64,000 nt of DNA, taken from positions 1,120,001 to 1,184,000 of the forward strand of contig OY762721.1 in assembly GCA_963666345.1 (NCBI GenBank), given 5' to 3'. The notes under the pieces are model-generated. The model searched no databases, had not been told where the DNA came from, and saw only the letters and a list, made by a program, of their open reading frames with translations. This DNA comes from Desulfatiglandales bacterium (GTDB lineage: Bacteria > Desulfobacterota > DSM-4660 > Desulfatiglandales > Desulfatiglandaceae). Made by a program: the position numbers and the translations under genes. Shown one piece after another: positions 61,133-64,000 of the stretch (positions are counted from its first letter, which is position 1; each line of letters opens with the position of its first letter).

Positions 61133-62320
61133 ATGCCGGGTTTTGAGATATTTGGAGACGAGGAAAGAAAAGAGGTCCAGGAAGTCCTGGACACGGGCGT
61201 ATTGTTCAGGTACGGGTTTGACCAGGCGCGAAACGGTATATGGAAGGCAAGGACCTTTGAACAGGAGGTCTCAAAGGCCCTGTCGGTTAAGCACTGCCAT
61301 CTTTGCTCAAGCGGCACCGCGGCCCTTTCAATCGCGCTTGCATCGTGCGGAGTGGGCGCGGGAGACGAGGTCATAGTCCCGCCGTTTACCTTTATCGCCA
61401 CTATTGAAAGCGTGCTTCAGGCAGGGGCGGTTCCCGTATTCGCGGACATTGACGAGACCCTCTGTCTTAATCCGGAGGCGGCGGAGGCCGCGATCACCCC
61501 CAGGACCAGGGCAATGATCGTGGTCCACATGTGCGGCTCCATCGCCAGGATAGAACTACTGAAGGATATCTGTGAAAAACGGGGGATAATCCTTATCGAA
61601 GACGCCTGCCAGGCATTCGGAGCCACCTACAAAGGCAGGTACGCAGGCACCTTCGGGAAAGCGGGGTGCTTCTCCTTTGATTCGGTCAAGACCATCACCT
61701 GCGGAGAGGGGGGAGCGGTCGTAACCGATGATGATGAATTATACACAAGGGCGTTTCAGTACGCAGACCACGGCCACGACCATATAGGGGATGACAGGGG
61801 CCTTGAGGGGCATCCCGTGCTCGGCTCCAACCACCGGATAAGTGAACTGAACGCGGCGGTCGGCCTTGCCCAGCTGAGAAAGATCGACCGGATACTGGAA
61901 ACGCAGAGGAGATTCAAAAAGGTTATCACAGACGCCCTCTCCGATATCCCCCGGATCACATTACAGAAGACGGATGACCCTCAGGGCGATTCCGCCACGT
62001 TTCTTTCCTTTTTCCTGCCTGATGAAGAACAGGCCAGGCAGGCCGCGAAAGACCTGGCAAGTCAGGGCGTGGACGGGTGCTTTTACTGGTACGACAACAA
62101 CTGGCATTACATCAGGAAGTGGGACCACCTTTTAAGGCTTAATTCCGCGGCCAGGCTGCCGATCGAACTCATGGATAAAAGGCCTGATTACGGCGCGCTT
62201 GATCTTTCCGCTTCTCACGGCATCATGGGCAGGGCCATATCCATGCAGATAAAGCTGGGCTGGACACAAGAGGATGTCAAAAGGCGAATTGAAAAAATAA
62301 AAAACATATTTAATGGATAG
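61133..62320 (+). CDS. kdnA: DegT/DnrJ-family aminotransferase, KdnA-like (8-amino-Kdo synthesis)
   Basis: MPGFE.FG.EE..EV, SSGTAAL, SFD.VKTITCGEGG, WYDNNWHY. Confidence 0.8.
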   Translation: MPGFEIFGDEERKEVQEVLDTGVLFRYGFDQARNGIWKARTFEQEVSKALSVKHCHLCSSGTAALSIALASCGVGAGDEVIVPPFTFIATIESVLQAGAVPVFADIDETLCLNPEAAEAAITPRTRAMIVVHMCGSIARIELLKDICEKRGIILIEDACQAFGATYKGRYAGTFGKAGCFSFDSVKTITCGEGGAVVTDDDELYTRAFQYADHGHDHIGDDRGLEGHPVLGSNHRISELNAAVGLAQLRKIDRILETQRRFKKVITDALSDIPRITLQKTDDPQGDSATFLSFFLPDEEQARQAAKDLASQGVDGCFYWYDNNWHYIRKWDHLLRLNSAARLPIELMDKRPDYGALDLSASHGIMGRAISMQIKLGWTQEDVKRRIEKIKNIFNG

Positions 62321-63398
62321 AATCATGAAACAAGAATACAGAAATCTTAGTTTGGTCCCCCGAATGGTATTCGGCAGGGGTTGTTTTAATCAGCTGGGAG
62401 ATATCCTGGCACCCAGGCGGGAAAGCGGCAGGATGCTCTTTCTGGTCGACGACGTGCTGGAGCATACCGGGTTCGCTGATCGCCTTCCCATGGAAAAAGG
62501 CGACCTGCTCATATGGGTGAACGTTGATGATGAACCGTCCACGAAACTGATCGACAGTCTCAAGAGCAGGGCTACCGAGCAGCTTGGAGAAAATCCTTCA
62601 GCCGTTATAGGAATAGGGGGGGGGAGCGTCATGGACACTGCCAAGGCTGTCTCGGTCATGCTTGCCAACCCGGGATCATCGGCCGGATACCAGGGCTGGG
62701 ACCTGGTAAAAAACAGGGCCATATACCATGTGGGAATCCCCACCATCTCGGGCACCGGGGCCGAGGTCTCCCGTACCGCCGTTCTGACCGGGCCGATAAG
62801 AAAACTGGGCATAAATTCCGATTATTCCGTCTTTGATCAGATAGTCCTTGACCCGGACCTGCTTCACGGTGTGCCGTCCGACCAGAGATTCTACACCGGC
62901 ATGGACTGCTATATCCACTGTGTCGAATCGCTCAGGGGAGGATTCATCAACGCCTTCAGCAGGGCGTATGCGGAAAAGGCCATGGATATCTGCCGGGAGA
63001 TATTCCTTGAGGACTGGAAAAGGGAATCAGAGGAAAAGCTTATGATGGCATCTCTTTTCGGAGGCCTGAGCATAACCTACTCCCAGGTAGGCGTCTGCCA
63101 TGCCCTGTCCTACGGTCTCGCCTACGTCCTGAAGGTCCACCACGGCATAGGAAACAGCCTGGTCTTCGACTATCTCGAGGATTTCTACCCGGATGAGGTG
63201 GTTGAGTTCAGACGGATGTGTAAATGGCAGGACATTCAGATTCCCAGGGGAGTGACAAAGGGCATCCCGGAGGCGGACCTCACCAGGATGATCGATATAG
63301 CCCTGACACTGGACCCTCTGTGGGAAAACGCCCTGGGGCCTGACTGGAAAGAGATAATGACCCGTGATCGCCTGAAAGGGCTTTATGAAATGATGTGA
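62313..63398 (+). CDS. kdnB: Iron-containing alcohol dehydrogenase family, KdnB-like (Kdo 8-oxidase)
   Basis: FGRG.F.QL, YQGWDL, GTGAEVSRTAVL, FYTGMDCYIHCVES; directly after kdnA. Confidence 0.8.
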   Translation: MDRIMKQEYRNLSLVPRMVFGRGCFNQLGDILAPRRESGRMLFLVDDVLEHTGFADRLPMEKGDLLIWVNVDDEPSTKLIDSLKSRATEQLGENPSAVIGIGGGSVMDTAKAVSVMLANPGSSAGYQGWDLVKNRAIYHVGIPTISGTGAEVSRTAVLTGPIRKLGINSDYSVFDQIVLDPDLLHGVPSDQRFYTGMDCYIHCVESLRGGFINAFSRAYAEKAMDICREIFLEDWKRESEEKLMMASLFGGLSITYSQVGVCHALSYGLAYVLKVHHGIGNSLVFDYLEDFYPDEVVEFRRMCKWQDIQIPRGVTKGIPEADLTRMIDIALTLDPLWENALGPDWKEIMTRDRLKGLYEMM

Positions 63399-63442
63399 CC
63401 GCTTTCGGCGGGGCACAGCGGGACGGCAATAATGGAGTCAGC

Positions 63443-64000
63443 ATGACGGAAGAGCCCAGGAAACCTGTCCTGAGCGGTCTCAAGGCGCTTGACCATGTCA
63501 TAAAAGGCCTGCGCCTGGGCGATAATGTGGTATGGCAGGTCGACGACCTGAAGGATTATTCCCACTTTGCCGAACCCTTCGCCGAGCAGGCCATAAAGAG
63601 CACCGGCACGTGCGTGTATATAAGATTCGCACCGCACCCCCCTATCCTGCGCCCGCGCAGAGGTCTTGCAGTAACAGAGGTGGACCCGAAGCCGGGATTC
63701 GATGTCTTCAGCGCTCAGATCCACAGGGTCATAGAGGAATGGGGCAGCGAAACCCTGTTCGTGTTCGACAATATTTCCTTTCTTGCAGAGGAGTGGACAA
63801 CCGATGAACTGCTGGCCAACTTCTTTCAGGTAACCTGCCCCTTTCTCTATGAAATGGACACGGTGGCCTATTTCGCCCTAACCAGGGGCAAGCATGCCCA
63901 CAGCGCCATAGCCAGGATAAGGGACACGACCCAGGTACTCATCGACGTCTACCGTCTGAAAAACCGCATGTACATACATCCGCTCAAGGTCTGGGACAGG
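63443..64000 (+). CDS. N-terminus of a probable PEP/pyruvate-binding (PPDK-like) protein; runs off window end
   Basis: Open frame SGLKALDHVIKGLRLGDNVVWQVD..NFFQVTCPFLY. Confidence 0.6.
   Translation, partial: MTEEPRKPVLSGLKALDHVIKGLRLGDNVVWQVDDLKDYSHFAEPFAEQAIKSTGTCVYIRFAPHPPILRPRRGLAVTEVDPKPGFDVFSAQIHRVIEEWGSETLFVFDNISFLAEEWTTDELLANFFQVTCPFLYEMDTVAYFALTRGKHAHSAIARIRDTTQVLIDVYRLKNRMYIHPLKVWDR

Overview
Bacterial chromosomal window, most likely a Desulfobacterota/deltaproteobacterial anaerobe (inferred from gene content: sigma54 activators, selenocysteine use, corrinoid methyltransferases). About 1-25 kb and 59-64 kb are core-like: pilT-type ATPase end, GHMP kinase, Nudix, lipoate ligase, mntP, yigZ, tRNA-Pro, pyrE-like, pyrG, der, nadE, a convergent amtB-glnK-glnD / glnK-amtB nitrogen cluster, a NifA-like activator and kdnAB. 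About 25-59 kb is a visibly more AT-rich accessory region. The main finding is a candidate sigma54 regulon at 26-41 kb. It contains a MerB-like (organomercurial lyase fold) gene that the ORF track splits because both catalytic Cys positions are in-frame TGA codons followed by SECIS-like hairpins. It also contains two near-identical PAS/AAA+ activators, a branched-chain-type ABC importer, and two non-pyrrolysine MtmB-like methyltransferases flanking a corrinoid protein. All three units share an almost identical -24/-12 promoter. Other features hidden from the ORF track: a probably exported Sec-MsrA, two decayed integron platforms with attC cassettes (including toxin-antitoxin pairs), TIR-bounded elements carrying four-helix-bundle pseudogenes, an intact ISL3, a class IIC group II intron 5' fragment behind a terminator, a paired upstream motif linking the NifA-like gene to both amt loci, and a three-copy ~180-nt rod-like repeat. 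All calls come from reading the sequence by eye; no database search was run.
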